From positions 43,214,001 through 43,278,000 of the forward strand of contig OX597833.1 of the NCBI GenBank assembly GCA_951406725.2: a stretch of 64,000 bases of DNA, given 5' to 3'. Positions 27,040 through 40,639 of this stretch are shown here, one piece after another (the first letter of the stretch is position 1; every line of letters begins with the position of its first letter). The stretch comes from Octopus vulgaris (lineage: Eukaryota). Made by a program: the position numbers and the translations under genes. The notes beneath the pieces are model-generated. The model was not told the origin of the DNA. It worked only from the letters and a program-made list of their open reading frames with translations, and did no database searches.

Positions 27040-29760
27040 TTCACATTGTCAAAGCATTATGTACAGTAAAAACAATACCTGACAAGAGAAAGAAAATGAA
27101 GTCAAGTGTTTAAGAAGTTACTCCGTTAGCTACTTGGGGCTTACTGTTTCATAAATCTATTGTGATACTTGAAATGGAACGGTATGGGTCGAGAATCAGA
27201 CACGATGTATGGTGCTGATAAGCGCGATGGTAATTAAATAAAAAAAGATCCAAAAGTTTGCATGACGATTTCCAGGATAAGTAAAGTGAAACTATTAAGA
27301 AGAAACATTTTCTGGGTAAGTAGAGGCTGGCTTGAAAGGTTTAAGAAGCGCTTGAATTTGCGCAACATAAAAATTTCATTATCTTACGCAACTGAAAAGT
27401 CAAATGAATGCCGAAGTTAGCAACACATCAGATCGCGTACACAAACTTTACTTTTCTAAATACTAACACCTGCTAGAACTTTTATTTTTCGAGAAGAAAA
27501 ATCAATAGCGGGACTTAAAGCCTCGAGAAACCAAATGACGCGTCTTCTGGAAGAAATGGCTGTTGGTGATATGAAATTAATGGTCCTACTCGTGTATCAC
27601 TGCGAAATTTTATGGACAGTCTATGATTATGCAAAGTTTGGTTTTCCTGGGATTGGTGTTCAGATAAAAATGCATAGAAGATCTAAGAACCTTTTCGAAA
27701 AGTTGCTTGCAAAAATTGTTTTCCTGCTGTAGAAAGGTACAATGGCAAACAGAATATTTCCTACAAAGTATTATACCTTTCAGAGAAATACCAAGCCATC
27801 CAGTGAACTTAAATGAGAGCTCACATATTGTGAAAGTAGAATAAAACTCCAGCCAATGGATTAAGTTATAATAGCTAACTTCAAGATAGATAACTTATCT
27901 GAGAACTTTAAAACAACTCATGAAAACAATCGACAGGGCAGATAAACCTACTGTTGGAGACTTTTCGAAGAAGTTCAATGGAATAGATGGTGTGGATAAC
28001 ATAGCTGGGTTATGGGATGAAGTGAAACCCTCAACTTTGTATAGTGTTAGGAAAAATATATAGCTAGACTGTATCCGTAACTTTACTAGTTTTCCACTAC
28101 GAGGGGCGTTCAATAAGTAATGCCTCTGACCCACTTGCCGTTGATTGATCTAGCTGAGATTTTGCATGTGTAATTATTTATATCTCTACAGATTAAATGG
28201 CAAATTACAGCTCCGAACTAATAGTGGTTTCTGATTTACATGTGTTTGAAATGAGTCAAGTGGGAAATGGAGCCCGTTGAGTGTCGAGAAGTGATCCGGT
28301 TTTTGTATTTGAAATGACGCACACCACAGGAGACTTTTGATGAAATGAAAATAACTTATGGTGATGATGCCCCATCATATGACCTTGTAAAACGCTGGCA
28401 TCGTGAATTCAAACATGGTCGGAACTCTGTGGAAACAGCTCCCAGATCTGGTCGCACCCCTTCTGCCATTGATGAGGCATCTGTCCGTCAAGTTGAGGCT
28501 GCCATTTTGGAAGATGGACGCATAACTAATCGCCAACTAGTCCATGAGGTCAAGATTAGTACCGGGTCTGTGGAAACTATCATTCATGACCATTTGCATA
28601 TGCAAAAGGTGTCTGCCAGAGGGATTCCCAGGCTGCTCACACTTTTCCTGAAGCAAAAAGGCGTCGAGTGCTCGAGGATGAATTTAGGGATGTGCCAAGA
28701 AGATGAGTCAAAATTTTTCAAAAGACTGATTACACAGGATGAGACCTGGGTCCTTCACCATGATCCAGAGACCAAAGCCCAGTGAATGCAGTGGAAGCAC
28801 CATGACTCACCTCCTCCAAAGAAGGCAAGGGTGCAGCCCTCCGCTGGCAAGGTCATGCTCACAGTCTTCTGGGACCAGGACGGAGTAGTGATGACAGATT
28901 TCCTGGCAAAGGGTACCACAATTACAGGAGCCTATCATGCTTCACTTTTGAGGAAATTAAGAGAAGCTATCAAAACCAAGAGGCGGGGCAAGATCAGCAA
29001 AGGCATCCTCCTCCGGTCCACAACTCGCGTGTCGCCAGATCAGAAGCACAGGCGTGCGGCTATGAACACTTCTCCCATCCCCCTACTCTCCTGACCTTGC
29101 ACCCTCTGATTTTCACCTCTTCTCAGCCATGAAGTTGTTTTTGAAAGGAAAGCGTTTCCCAGATGATGCAGCCTTGATTTCTGAAGTCACGTCGTGGTTG
29201 GAGGACCAAGCTGGGGTCTTCTATGAAAACGGTCTCCAGAGCTGTATCAAACGATGGGAGAAATGCGTAACTCTTGGTTGTTCCTATGCTGAAAAAGAGT
29301 AATACCTGTGCCAAGTTTCGTTGCTCTACTGCTATGGGAAGTGGGTCAGGGGCATTACTTATTGAACGCCCCTCGTAGCAGATAATCTCCATCAAATTCA
29401 GAGAGATATTCTGAAGGTTGTAAATCATTTATCGTTTGAAGAGGATGATGTGAATGAGTTGCTAGTGTACATACAGAAAATTTTATCTAATGAGGAGCTG
29501 ATGCTGTTTGAACGAGAGCAATGTGAGAATACAGATGAAAAAACGGAAATTTCACTATCTCTAAGTTGACTGCACAAAATATTGCTAAAAGGGTGACGTT
29601 TATAAAGGAAGGTTCACAGGTTTTTACTGATAATGATCGTAATCATGAACGTAACAAGAAAATTATAAAGGGGTTTACATTGAGCTCAGTTCCTACACTG
29701 AAATGCACAGAGATGACGTGCTATAAACATCAAAGAATTTTGAATAAGTTCTTCGCCTTT
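27040..29760 (+). mobile_element. Decayed Tigger/pogo-like transposase, interrupted by a mariner
   Basis: Remnants SRGWLERFKKR, REEKSIAGLKASRNQMTRLL..AVGDMKL..LLVYH, QPMD, WDEV and, after the insertion, EDDVNELL..LSNEEL. Confidence 0.75.
28100..29375 (+). mobile_element. Full-length mariner (irritans-like), non-functional
   Basis: TA-flanked TIRs CGAGGGGCGTTCAATAAGTAATGCC. Broken ORF 28267-29302 has stops and a deletion removing the second catalytic Asp region. Confidence 0.95.
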
Positions 29761-30121
29761 GTAGTTGATGTTGATGACGATAAATTGCAAGTTAAAAGAT
29801 AATTCCTCTGATCCTCCCAGTAACAATCATTCCACCACCATCATCATTTACACAGAAGTCAACTTTTTTTGTTGTAAGACCGTGCCCTATTGCAATATTA
29901 CGATTTTTATTTATTCCCTAACATATACGTATTCCCTAAGTACGTATAGTAGCAGTTAGTTTCATGTGTAAAAGTGGTTGCATTACTGGTTATTTGTTGC
30001 TGTTATTTCGACAAAAAAATCCTTAGCAAATTTAGACAGGTCCATATATAAAGTATATTAATTATTGGAGGGGTAGCGCAAAACAGAGATAAGTAATATC
30101 GAAATGTTATCAATCTGAATA

Positions 30122-30270
30122 AGCTTGAAGCACGTTCGAATTGGGAAACAAGCTACTTATTGCGTTTTGTCACGGAGAATATATCTCGCTTGTTACCAGC
30201 AAGCGAAATATATTCTCCGTGACAAAACGCAATGAGTGGCTTGTTTCCCAGTTCGAACGTGCATCAAGCA
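30122..30270. repeat. Palindrome (about 70 bp arms) nested within a larger palindrome
   Basis: GCTTGAAGCACGTTCGAATTGGGAAACAAGC... pairs with ...GCTTGTTTCCCAGTTCGAACGTGCATCAAGC. Confidence 0.9.
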
Positions 30271-30294
30271 TCTTCTGACTGATAAGAACATTGC

Positions 30295-30805
30295 AAAGTA
30301 TATCAAATACATGAAATACAAAAGCTGTATATATGTTTCTACACAAAACTATCCGATTTACACAGAATAGAAATGATATCGAGAATAATTAAAGGGGTTG
30401 CAGAAAAGAACTACAAATCCACCAGCTGTCTCTGGGGTATCGGATGAGATGTACCTCCGTCTTCAGGGAAGAGATCTTCCCTCAAGACAGCGGCTCGTCT
30501 CATCCGACAAATATTATTTTGGACCACCGAGTCCCCCCAAAACAGCTGGTAGATTTGTAATTCTTTTCTTCAGCCCCTTTAATTCTCGATATCATTTCTA
30601 TTCTGTGTAAGTTGGATCTCTTTGTATAGAAACATATCTCCATTTTATTTTTTTATTTTTGTATTTCGTGTATTTAATATACTTTATATATTGACCTGTC
30701 TAACATGCTTATCCCTACATTTACTTCTATACCCGCTCAAGTGTAAATCGCTTGAGCATGACTAAGTGTATTCTATACAGAGAATATCTGATTCTCCTCT
30801 ATGAA
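30295..30805 (+). mobile_element. Long imperfect hairpin-plus-tail element
   Basis: Arms from about 30295 to 30686, centred on GGGAAGAGATCTTCCC. The outer arm continues at 30032-30060 versus 30676-30703. A unique tail leads into a microsatellite. Confidence 0.75.
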
Positions 30806-30860
30806 CTATATGTATGTAAGTATGTATGTATGTATGTATGTACATATAGTTAGCTCATAG

Positions 30861-31839
30861 TTCTCTGTATTGCTGAACTCGCTGCAGAGGCAAGGAGTCG
30901 AGGCGCAATATGTGCAACTGCTCAGGGAGGCAAATTCCGGATGCACCACCGAGATAGATCTGTTGTCATCACCCGTACGAGTGCCAGTCGAGAAGGGAGT
31001 GAAGCAAGGAGTTGCGATCTCTCCAAAACTTTTCACCGCATGTCTCGAGCAGATCATCAGAGACATCGACTGGCAAGGCGGTGTCAACATCAATGGCGAG
31101 CTACTCATCCACCTCCGTTTCGCTGATGACATCATAATCATCGCTGAAACCACGGATCATCTTCAGAACATCCTGACGGAGCTCGACATCAAAAACTCTG
31201 TAGTAGGTCTCAAGATGAACCGCATGAAAACAAAGTTCATGCGGTCCGACAACGTACTAACAGGTCGAATGGTGGTCGGCAGTGATGAAATAGAGGAGGT
31301 AAAGGAATATGTCTACCTGGGACAAGTAGTGAATATGTGCCAGGACATCAAAAAGGAGATCTCGTGGAGAGTAAGAGCCGGATGGAAGGCATTTAATGGC
31401 ATAAGGAATGTGCTCAAGGGAAGGTTGAACGGAACTACCCGCGCCAACCTCATCAATAGCACAGTTCTACCTGCAATGTTATATGGTAGTGAAACATGGG
31501 CTACAACAAAGAGAGAAAAGCAGAGATTGATAAGAGCTCAAGGAGCCATGGAGAGGTCAATGCTTGGAATCTCGTTGAGAGAGCATATAAGTAGCGAGGT
31601 CATCAGACAGACGTCCGGTGTGAGGGATGTCATCGTAGAATATATATGCAGCAAGTTTAGATGGGCTGGGTGCATCGCTCGGGTCACCGATAATCGGTGG
31701 ACCCGTGCAGTTGTCGAGTGGCACCCGTGCAAGCGGAAACGACCACTCGGAAGGCCTCCACGACGGTGGACAGCGTGCTGTGACCAGCAGTGTCAAATGG
31801 ATGCCCGACGGACTGGTCGGTCAAGGTGATCAAGGTGAT
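30861..31839 (+). mobile_element. RTE-clade LINE, 5'-truncated (RT C-terminal half, open 319 aa)
   Basis: GVKQG..ISPKLF, HLRFADD, YVYLG, YGSETW and RPLGRPPRRW motifs. The 3' end has tandem TCAAGGTGA repeats. Confidence 0.93.
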
Positions 31840-31843
31840 ATAT

Positions 31844-31906
<63 letters not shown>

Positions 31907-31943
31907 AGGCACCAAAAGAGAATGAGTCTCCCCAGACACAACA

Positions 31944-32051
<108 letters not shown>

Positions 32052-32059
32052 TCTTTTGT

Positions 32060-32470
32060 CTCTTGTTCTTTCATATGTTTCAACCCAAAGGCTATATCCA
32101 TGCTGGAGCATCGCCACCATCTTTTCGATGGCCATTCTTATGCAATTGGCTTTTGATGAAGGAAGGGTTCGACGCTGTTGCCCTCTTTTGAGTTTCTTGC
32201 CGCAAGATAGGCTCATCCAGCATCTTAGACAGCAGGCGGTCAAGTTGTTTCATGAAAACATCTACCCCTACTTCCATGAAAATCCCTCGGATGTGTTGGC
32301 AAGGCATTAAATAGATGTGGGCCCTTGAATCCCAGTCTACTGCAGCACATGGTCGTCACTCTAGACGGGATAGCTTAGGACCTTTGCAACAGTACAGTGA
32401 CGTCGAGTTCGGGGTCTGGTATAGGTCTTGATGCCAAAGTATGGTGCCAACCCTCTAGGATCTTCCACAC
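32060..32470 (-). mobile_element. CR1/L2-like LINE 3' end
   Basis: Minus-strand peptides GPHLFNALP and VDVFMKQLDRLLSKMLDEP. Overlaps in sequence with the end of the 55800 copy. Confidence 0.7.
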
Positions 32471-32508
32471 TTATATAACGGCATTCCTCTTCCGTGTGTG
32501 TGTGTATG

Positions 32509-32542
<34 letters not shown>

Positions 32543-32574
32543 TGTATGTATGTATGTATGTATGTATGTATGTA

Positions 32575-32797
32575 TATGTTTGTGTGTCTGTGTTTGCCCC
32601 CCCCCCCAACATCGCTTGACAATCGATGCTGGTGTGTTTACGTCTCTGTCGCTTAGTGGATCGGCAAGAGAGACCGATAGAATAAGTACTAGTCTTACAA
32701 AGAATAAGTCCTGGGGTCAATTTGCTCGACTAAAGGTGGTGCTCCAGCACGGCCGCAGTCAAATGACAGGAACAAATAAAAGAAAAAAGAAAAGAAT
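32575..32797 (+). mobile_element. SINE family A, 3' half
   Basis: Matches the family A 3' segment. Confidence 0.88.
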
Positions 32798-32815
32798 ATA
32801 AACACACACACACAC

Positions 32816-32872
<57 letters not shown>

Positions 32873-33044
32873 CATATAAAAACACACATATACACACACA
32901 TACTCACACAGATGCTTCCCAATTCCCTACTCACAATCATTCCCTCTTTTTCTTTTCTAACCTTTCATTACCTTGTACCTCTCTCTTTTTCTCTCTCTGT
33001 CCGTTTCCTCTTTCATTCCCTCTTCTTTAACGATCACTTTACGG

Positions 33045-33145
<101 letters not shown>

Positions 33146-33165
33146 CTAATGATGATGATGATGAT

Positions 33166-33229
<64 letters not shown>

Positions 33230-33250
33230 CTAATGATGATGATGATGATG

Positions 33251-33296
<46 letters not shown>

Positions 33297-33961
33297 TAAT
33301 AATGATAATACTCTTGCAACACGTAACTCTGACGGCACTTCGAAGGGTTCCTTCAGTGACACTCGACCCTAATTAACACACATAAACGAGCACCCCAACG
33401 ACCCACACCCGCCCAACCTCTAACCCATCCACTAGACTCATACAAACGAGCACATTACAAACACACACACACACACACATGTTCACAAGTGTACATATTT
33501 ACTTACACGTCTAGCCGAGGTCAAACTCTTAAACTTTTTCTGTTTTTCTGTCAGCTTGATCTCTTAACCACCGACACTCATCGGAATCTTTAGCGACACT
33601 TACCTCATATGTTGCCCTGTCTTTCCTCCTCTCCAATACCTACCATGCCTTCTGCCACCAGTTCGTCCTTTCGCTTAGTCAGCTGTTAATTAATTACTCA
33701 GATATGAGGTCACTATTCTGGACCTTCGTGATTCAGCCTGTAGACGTTGAAGATAGTGATAATGTTGATGATGACGATAATGGTGGCTGTCGTTTTCGTG
33801 ACCTGTTATAATAATAGCTTCCAACACAAATACACTGTACAGATATTAACTTATCCATGTCATACTAGTCATACATATACATTGATGTATGAGTACATGT
33901 CTATATATGTATTCAAGTATTATGGTCTATATGCATTTAGACCTATTATTATTATTATTCT

Positions 33962-34135
33962 ATGTTTGACTTTTGCTTTATGTCTGTACAAGTTGGCTCC
34001 AAGTCTCACCCAGAGACCTCAAGAGACAACAGATTAGAAGTTCTGTGCCATATATTTGGGTTTTTTTTTTTTTTTTGGTGTTGTACTAGTGAATGTCTAA
34101 TACATAAGAATAAAAAATAAACAAATAAAAAAAAA
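33962..34135 (-). mobile_element. Dong/R4 3' UTR fragment in (TTA)n
   Basis: Reverse complement of the 19640-19706 3' UTR (GAGGTCTCTGGGTGAGACTTGGAGCCAACTTGTA). Confidence 0.8.
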
Positions 34136-34182
<47 letters not shown>

Positions 34183-34220
34183 CATCATCATTATTATTAT
34201 TATTATTGTTGTTGTTGTTG

Positions 34221-34275
<55 letters not shown>

Positions 34276-34306
34276 CATTATTATTATTATCATTATTATT
34301 ATTATA

Positions 34307-34848
34307 GAGTGAGAGCAGTGCATGCCATCAAAGTAACACTGGAATAAAATATACGAAGCCCAGTATACATGTCATGACTACCCGTCTGATAAGGGTACAC
34401 CAGTCACATGCATCACAACCATATGTGCTCGACATGGTGATCTCGTATCAAGATAAAAAGCGCAAGAATTGCATGAGAGGCCCAGTTAGAATTTTCTTCA
34501 GGTTGAGTAGCTCATCCTGCTCAAAAGGTCCCTGAATAAGGGTTGTTTAAGGATGTTGAACGAACACTCCTGTTTCCAGAGGTGAATTATCGAAATTCCA
34601 AAGAATTCCTATCAATACATGGCTATGATACTTCCCACTACCTTTGCTTGTGATCAGAGATGCACATATAACCAGCCACTAAGGTACATGCTCTACTGGT
34701 TAAGGCCAAACAAGTGACAAGCGAATCTGTGGTATTCAGCAGAATATTTGCTGTAGCCATTTTTTTACACCAAGACAGAATATGTACATGATAACACTTC
34801 AAATTCGTTAAGATGAGAAGCCATGAGAGCCAGTGTCTGGTTCTGCAT
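34307..34848 (-). mobile_element. Second copy of the about 560-bp (TTA)n-targeted element
   Basis: Collinear with 14896-15454. Confidence 0.85.
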
Positions 34849-34959
34849 TATTATTATTATAATTATTATTTTCATATACACTCAACAGATTAGTCTGTTG
34901 GAAAAGAAAATAATCCAAACATCGGGCTACAGCAAGTAGCCTTAGATGCCAAGAATTCA

Positions 34960-35900
34960 GCTTCTATTACTCTGTCAGTCTGAATATTAAAGTCCCACAA
35001 CATCTTGTATTTCTTACTTTCTAGTACTTTACTAGGTTCATGTTCATGCCATTTATCAGTATGTTCAAATCCTAGTTTTCTACATAATTCCCAGTGGATT
35101 GTCGTGTCTTCTCTTGTATTCTTTCTGTGCCAGTAAGCTACATCTATTTACTATATGAGTTACGCTTTCCTCTTTTGATTTGCATAATCTACATTAGGAA
35201 TCAACTTGGTTTTTATCTATTTTGGCTTTTATCCAATTAGTCCTTAATGCTTGATCTTGTGCAGCTGCTAACAAACTTTCTGTCTCCCTTTTCAGCTTTC
35301 CTTTCCGCAATCATAACCAGGTCTCACCACTATTTGCTGCAACTATCTTTGGAAATCTACCCTGCAACGCCTTCTCCTGCCAGTCAGATAATTTCTGTTC
35401 TTTTTTCTGGTTTTTAATTCGTCTGGGTTTTTGGTTTCCTTGTCTTGTTGTGACTCTAGCAGCGCTTTTAATAGACTTTCTTCACTATTACCTACATAGG
35501 AGTCTATATCTACTCTAGCTAACTCCATACAGTCTTCCACTAGTATTAACCCTCTTGCACCTTCCTTTCTAGTTAGGTATAATCTTGCAACTCATGAGTG
35601 GAGTCCTCCATTCATATTGAATTTATTTCTAGTTCTTCTGTCTAGCTTTGCTAATTCAGTTTTTATCCAAAAAAGCATAAGCTTTTATCTATATCTGCCT
35701 TAGGGTAGTGCACTCTACGCATTGTCAGTAACTTTCGTATTTTTCTTTCAAGATCACATACTTCAGTAATTGACCAGTTAATGATATTGAAACTGTAAGT
35801 CAGGACTGGTATGGCTAAAGTACTCGTCTGAATTTTTTTGTTGACAGATATATCTCCGAGCATAGTTTTTTTTTTGGTAGTGTTTTTAAACTTATGAATT
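34960..35900 (-). mobile_element. Dong/R4-clade LINE fragments (post-RT region, CCHC knuckle, RLE start)
   Basis: Peptides RLYLTRKEGARGL, ETESLLAAAQDQALRTN, CRLC...H...C, LWDFNIQTDRVIEA and AIPVLTYSFNIINW. Confidence 0.85.
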
Positions 35901-36348
35901 GTTCACTCTGTATTAGTTCGAAAAATAAAAAAAAATGGTTTTGATATTTTTTGCTTCGTTTGTGACACGTGCTTGCATTTGCATGTATGTCTATTCTGTA
36001 AATTTCACATAGTTGAGTAAACATTGTGATGTATGTATAGTCCTACGGGTATTAAAATGTGTATATGATTGTATAGACATTCGAGTGTATGCGTAATTAA
36101 TCAATTTACTTACTGTTTTGTTACACTAATATTTTATAATTTGTAAACTTTCCGATGTTGATTTCGCATGTGTCTTTCGCACGTTTCGCTGAGACATCGT
36201 GCATGGGAGAAACTGTGCTTTGTATGGCAGTAAAATTGCGTTTTTGTGATTATTTTCGTTAAAAGGCCACTTCCATCAAGTCTTCCACAGGTTCTTTCAT
36301 CCTATTCCACCGATGTTATAAGATTAGATTTTGTATGGAGAGCTCGGT

Positions 36349-36382
<34 letters not shown>

Positions 36383-36409
36383 CATTATTATTATTATTAT
36401 TATTATTAT

Positions 36410-36571
36410 TCAGTAGTTTTATTTTCATATCGTGCTTTCACTTCACTACCGAGCGCAGCTCTGTGTGCCTTGGGTATGTGCTGTGGTTTGTTATGATGCT
36501 CTTATGGTTACTGTATTGAAAGTGTTTTGCGTAGGATGTGTGCAGTGCCCAGTAGTGCAATTTTCTGTATG

Positions 36572-36572
<1 letters not shown>
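36410..36572 (-). mobile_element. Dong/R4 extreme 3' end, second family
   Basis: KIALLGTAHILRKTLSIQ* followed by a short 3' UTR and (TAA)n. Confidence 0.8.
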
Positions 36573-36614
<42 letters not shown>

Positions 36615-36630
36615 CATCATCATCATCATC

Positions 36631-36692
<62 letters not shown>

Positions 36693-36733
36693 CATTATCA
36701 TTGTTATTATTATTATTATTATTATCATTATCA

Positions 36734-36821
<88 letters not shown>

Positions 36822-38450
36822 CATGTAACTGTTCAATATTTGGTAGATTGAGGCAAATTTCTACTGCATCACCTGCTGCACATCCATGTTGCTGGGATGT
36901 GTGCAGCATTGTGTATTCTTTCCTTATGTTCGGAATGTGCGAACTCTTCCTGGTACTGTATTGTGTTAGTTTTATTTTCCTTGAGGTGTGGTGCTGTCTT
37001 TTCTTGTATTACTGCTTGTATTGTGCGCTGAGTGTGTAATGCTTTGGTTTTCTGGCTTGCTGGGGTGAAAGTTTATTTCATATGGTAAATGCTGTATAGA
37101 GTGTGTCTTGTATATGTCGGTTGTTTTGTTTAGGTTGATAGTGGATTGAGAGTGTCTTGTATAGGATGTGGGATGTTCCTAGCTGGGCTATGTTTTTAAA
37201 AGTGTGTAGTGTTGAGGATTCAGGTATAGCTTCTACATTTTTGCTTATATGATTTTTCCTCATGCACAATGCTCCAATTATTCTTGGTATTGTTTTTACG
37301 TCCATGCCTCATAGTTTGAATATTTCAATTTTGAGGGCTTTGTATTTTGACAATTTCTCCATTTCTTTTTTGATAATATTTTGATCAGAAGGGACTGCAA
37401 TGTCTATCAGTAAGCAGGTGTTTTTTCCCAGTCCTTGACTATTATGTCTGGGCGATTAGCTTATATTTCTTTGTCGGTTTGAACCGGCATATCCCAAATG
37501 ATTGTGGCCTAGTCGCTGTCTTGTACGTTCTTGACACATGCTTATACCACCTGTTGTCAGTTTTGATGTAATGTTGGCATATTGTCCAGTGGATATAACT
37601 GCTTACTTTCTTGTGTCTGTGTATATATTCTGACTTGGCAAAGACTGGGCAGCTAGAGATGATGTTGTTAACTGTCTTATTGTGCTGGTTGCACATTCTA
37701 CATTTGGTGTTGAGGCTTGTTTTCATTATATTGTTTTTATAATAGTTTGTAGTCAGGCATTGGTTTTGTACAACGAGAATCGATCCTTCTGTTTCGGCTT
37801 TTAGTCCAGACTTGGGTAATTTTGAGTCATTGTTGGCTTTAACTTTGGTTCACTTCTTACGTCAAACCTTGCAGGATATTGGCCATGAAGTAGTTTTTCT
37901 CTCCTTTTCTTCCTCAGTGTCTTTTGTAATTCAGTTTCATGTTGCTTTTTTTTCTCTCTCTGACCATTTTTGCTATGTTTTCATCTGAGATCAGTGTGTC
38001 AGTGTAGTTTGTTTCTGTTTCGCATTTGTTTCGCCTCCCTCTGTATAGAGTAAAGCATTTCCTTTTTCTCGTCTTGTTTTACTACATGCAACACTCTCTT
38101 CTTAAGTACTTTGCTAGTCCAGCTATTGTTATTTTATAGTAGTTTTCTATCTGTATCAAGCCACGGCCTCCTTCTGAGTGGGGTTGATATATTCTGTCTG
38201 CGTCTGCTTTGGGGTGGTGACTTCGGTATGCTGTTGTAGTTTTCTGGCTTTTCTGTCTAGGCTTCTCAATTCAATGATCTTCCAGTTTATTATGTTAAGG
38301 CTGTAATTTATGACTGGTATGGCTAATGTGCTTATTCCTATTATCTAATTTTAGCATTAAGTTCAGTGTTTAATATTAGTCTAACTCTTCCTAATTTTCC
38401 CTTGCATTTCTGTGTTGTATTTTAGCTGTTTCGTCTATTCCTAGTTACCT
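36822..38450 (-). mobile_element. Dong/R4-clade LINE, decayed 3' part
   Basis: CRMC..NIISSC knuckle, EYIHRH, LIDIAVP and AQLGTSHILYKTLS peptides. A long 3' UTR ends in (TAA)n. Confidence 0.85.
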
Positions 38451-38559
38451 TTGGTTCCAGCCTCATTAACACCATTATTTGATACATTTGTAGTAGACAT
38501 TTTCACTCAACATTAAAGTATATGTTTTAAGGTTAGCCACCAACAGATACTTTTATCGA

Positions 38560-39022
38560 GACACTATCTCTCGTAAGATTGTCCACCAAGACTGCAGAGC
38601 TCTTACTACCCATAAGTTGAGCCTGTTCCCATCGCATTCCTGTGTGTTGGGGACGATACTTAGCAGACATTTCAAAATCTGCGTTGTCCCCAATAGAGTA
38701 GTTATCTGGGCATGTTCTACCTTCATGTTAATCCCAATATCTCAAGCAAATTTCTCAAATCTGATTGTTAAAGGTCCCAATGCCCCTACAGCCACTGGGA
38801 TGGCATTTACTTTCTTCATAGCTCTTATTTGTGCAGTCTACTCTTTTAGTGGATCGTACTTCTCAGTCTTTTCCAGTTCATCATCCTCTCGTACATCCCA
38901 GATATGACATCTATTACCTTGGTTTTCTTTATCATTTTATCAGCGACAATAATGTCTGGTCTCCGAGCATCAATCACTGAACGACACTGGATTGTAAAAT
39001 CCTGCGAGATCTTATACTCATT
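38560..39022 (-). mobile_element. Dong/R4 RLE domain fragment, another family
   Basis: Peptides ARRPDIIVADK..KVID, EK.EKY..L, IPVAVGALG and LLGTTQILK. Confidence 0.8.
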
Positions 39023-39364
39023 ACTTCTTCTTCTTCTTCTTCTTCCCCTTCTTCTTCTTCTTCTTCTTCTTCTTCTTCTTCTTCTTCTTCTTCTTCTTCT
39101 TCTTCTTCTTCTTCTTCTTCTTCTTCTTCCTCCTCCGTTCCTCTTCTTCTTCCCCTTCTTCTTCTTCTTCTTCTTCTCCTTCTTCTTCTTCTTCTCCTTC
39201 TTCTTCTTCTTCTTCTCCCTCCCTTCCTCTTCTTCTTCTTCTTCTCCTTCTTCTTCTTCTCCTTCTTCTTCTTCTCCCTCCCTTCCTCTTCTTCTTCTTC
39301 TTCTTCTTCTTCCTCCCTTCCTCTTCTCCTCCTTCTTCTTCTTCTTTTTCTTCTTCTTCTTCTT

Positions 39365-39412
<48 letters not shown>

Positions 39413-39490
39413 GTTTTGTTGTTGCTGTTGCTGTCATCGTCATCGTCGTCATCATCATCATCATCACTATTACCACCACCACCACCATAT
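39023..39490. repeat. Compound (CTT)n-(ATT)n-(CAT/CAC)n array
   Basis: Read directly from the sequence. Confidence 0.95.
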
Positions 39491-39989
39491 TTGCCTTCGT
39501 CGTTAGGACGTCGAACAAAATGTATGTCGGTATTTTCTCTATTAAGTCTTGTGTCATTTGATATTACTCAATCTACTTAAAGCTTCAGTCTCCACGTTAT
39601 ACTTGCTTGCATGTCTCGGTTTTTATGCAGTTTCTCTGTCTTTCAACATGACGTTTTCGTCTACTGGGATTTAAACTGTCATTGAAAGACAACTTTTAGT
39701 TTTAGTGTTTCTTTGCTACATTACATGTATTAATGACTTTGTTTTTTGTTCTTGCTTTTCTTAACTTCACTAACAACATATACCTAAAACCATATATCTG
39801 GAGGTTTTTACGATTCCGATTCCAGCTTCTGTGCATGCTCTATGTTTCAGTACCCTGTCTTTTTTGTGTCAGTTTTGAAGTGCTGGCACTGTTTTCAATA
39901 TCTGTATCTATTTACTAGTTATCTGGAAATGATGGTGTACTGAAATTTTCCTAAAACTGCATATGTGTATATATGTATGCATGTATTTA

Positions 39990-40200
39990 TAGGCATGACT
40001 GTGTGGTAAGCAGCTTGCTTGCCAACCCCATGATTCCGGGTTTCGTCCCATAGTGTGGCACCTTGGGCAAGTGTTTTCTGCTATAGCCTCAGGCTGACAA
40101 AAGTCTTGTGTTAGAATTACCAGGAATTTTAAAATATGTACTAGAGTCGATTCATTCAACTAGAAATTCTTGAAGGCGGTAAACAGGTAAGTGATAAAAG
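39990..40200 (+). mobile_element. SINE family A, internally deleted
   Basis: Recognisable head and partial tail. Confidence 0.75.
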
Positions 40201-40639
40201 TTATATGTATGCATGAATGTATGTATGTATGTATGTATGTATGTATGTATGTATGTATGTATGTATGTATGTATACGCGCGTACGTTTGTGTGTACGTTT
40301 GTGTGCGTGTACACGGCCAAGTGTTCTTTTATGCTTTCCGCATATTCTATAATCATCTAAGACCTCATTTTAAAAGAGACAATGTAAGACTACATACCAT
40401 CTTAAAACCGAAAGGTTATATTGGACAACTCAGACGTAGATATATTATATATAATAAATGTAATGGAGACAAATGGAATGACTTCGATTATAGCTCCATG
40501 CAATCAGGGCTGACCTGATCAACAGTATCAATTCCCTTACTACAAAATATTTCCATTTATGTATTTAAGGCTTTTACGAATATTCCTTAACCTTTTGTTG
40601 CTATCAGATTTTCAAACTCAGTTTTAAAATCTAAAATGG

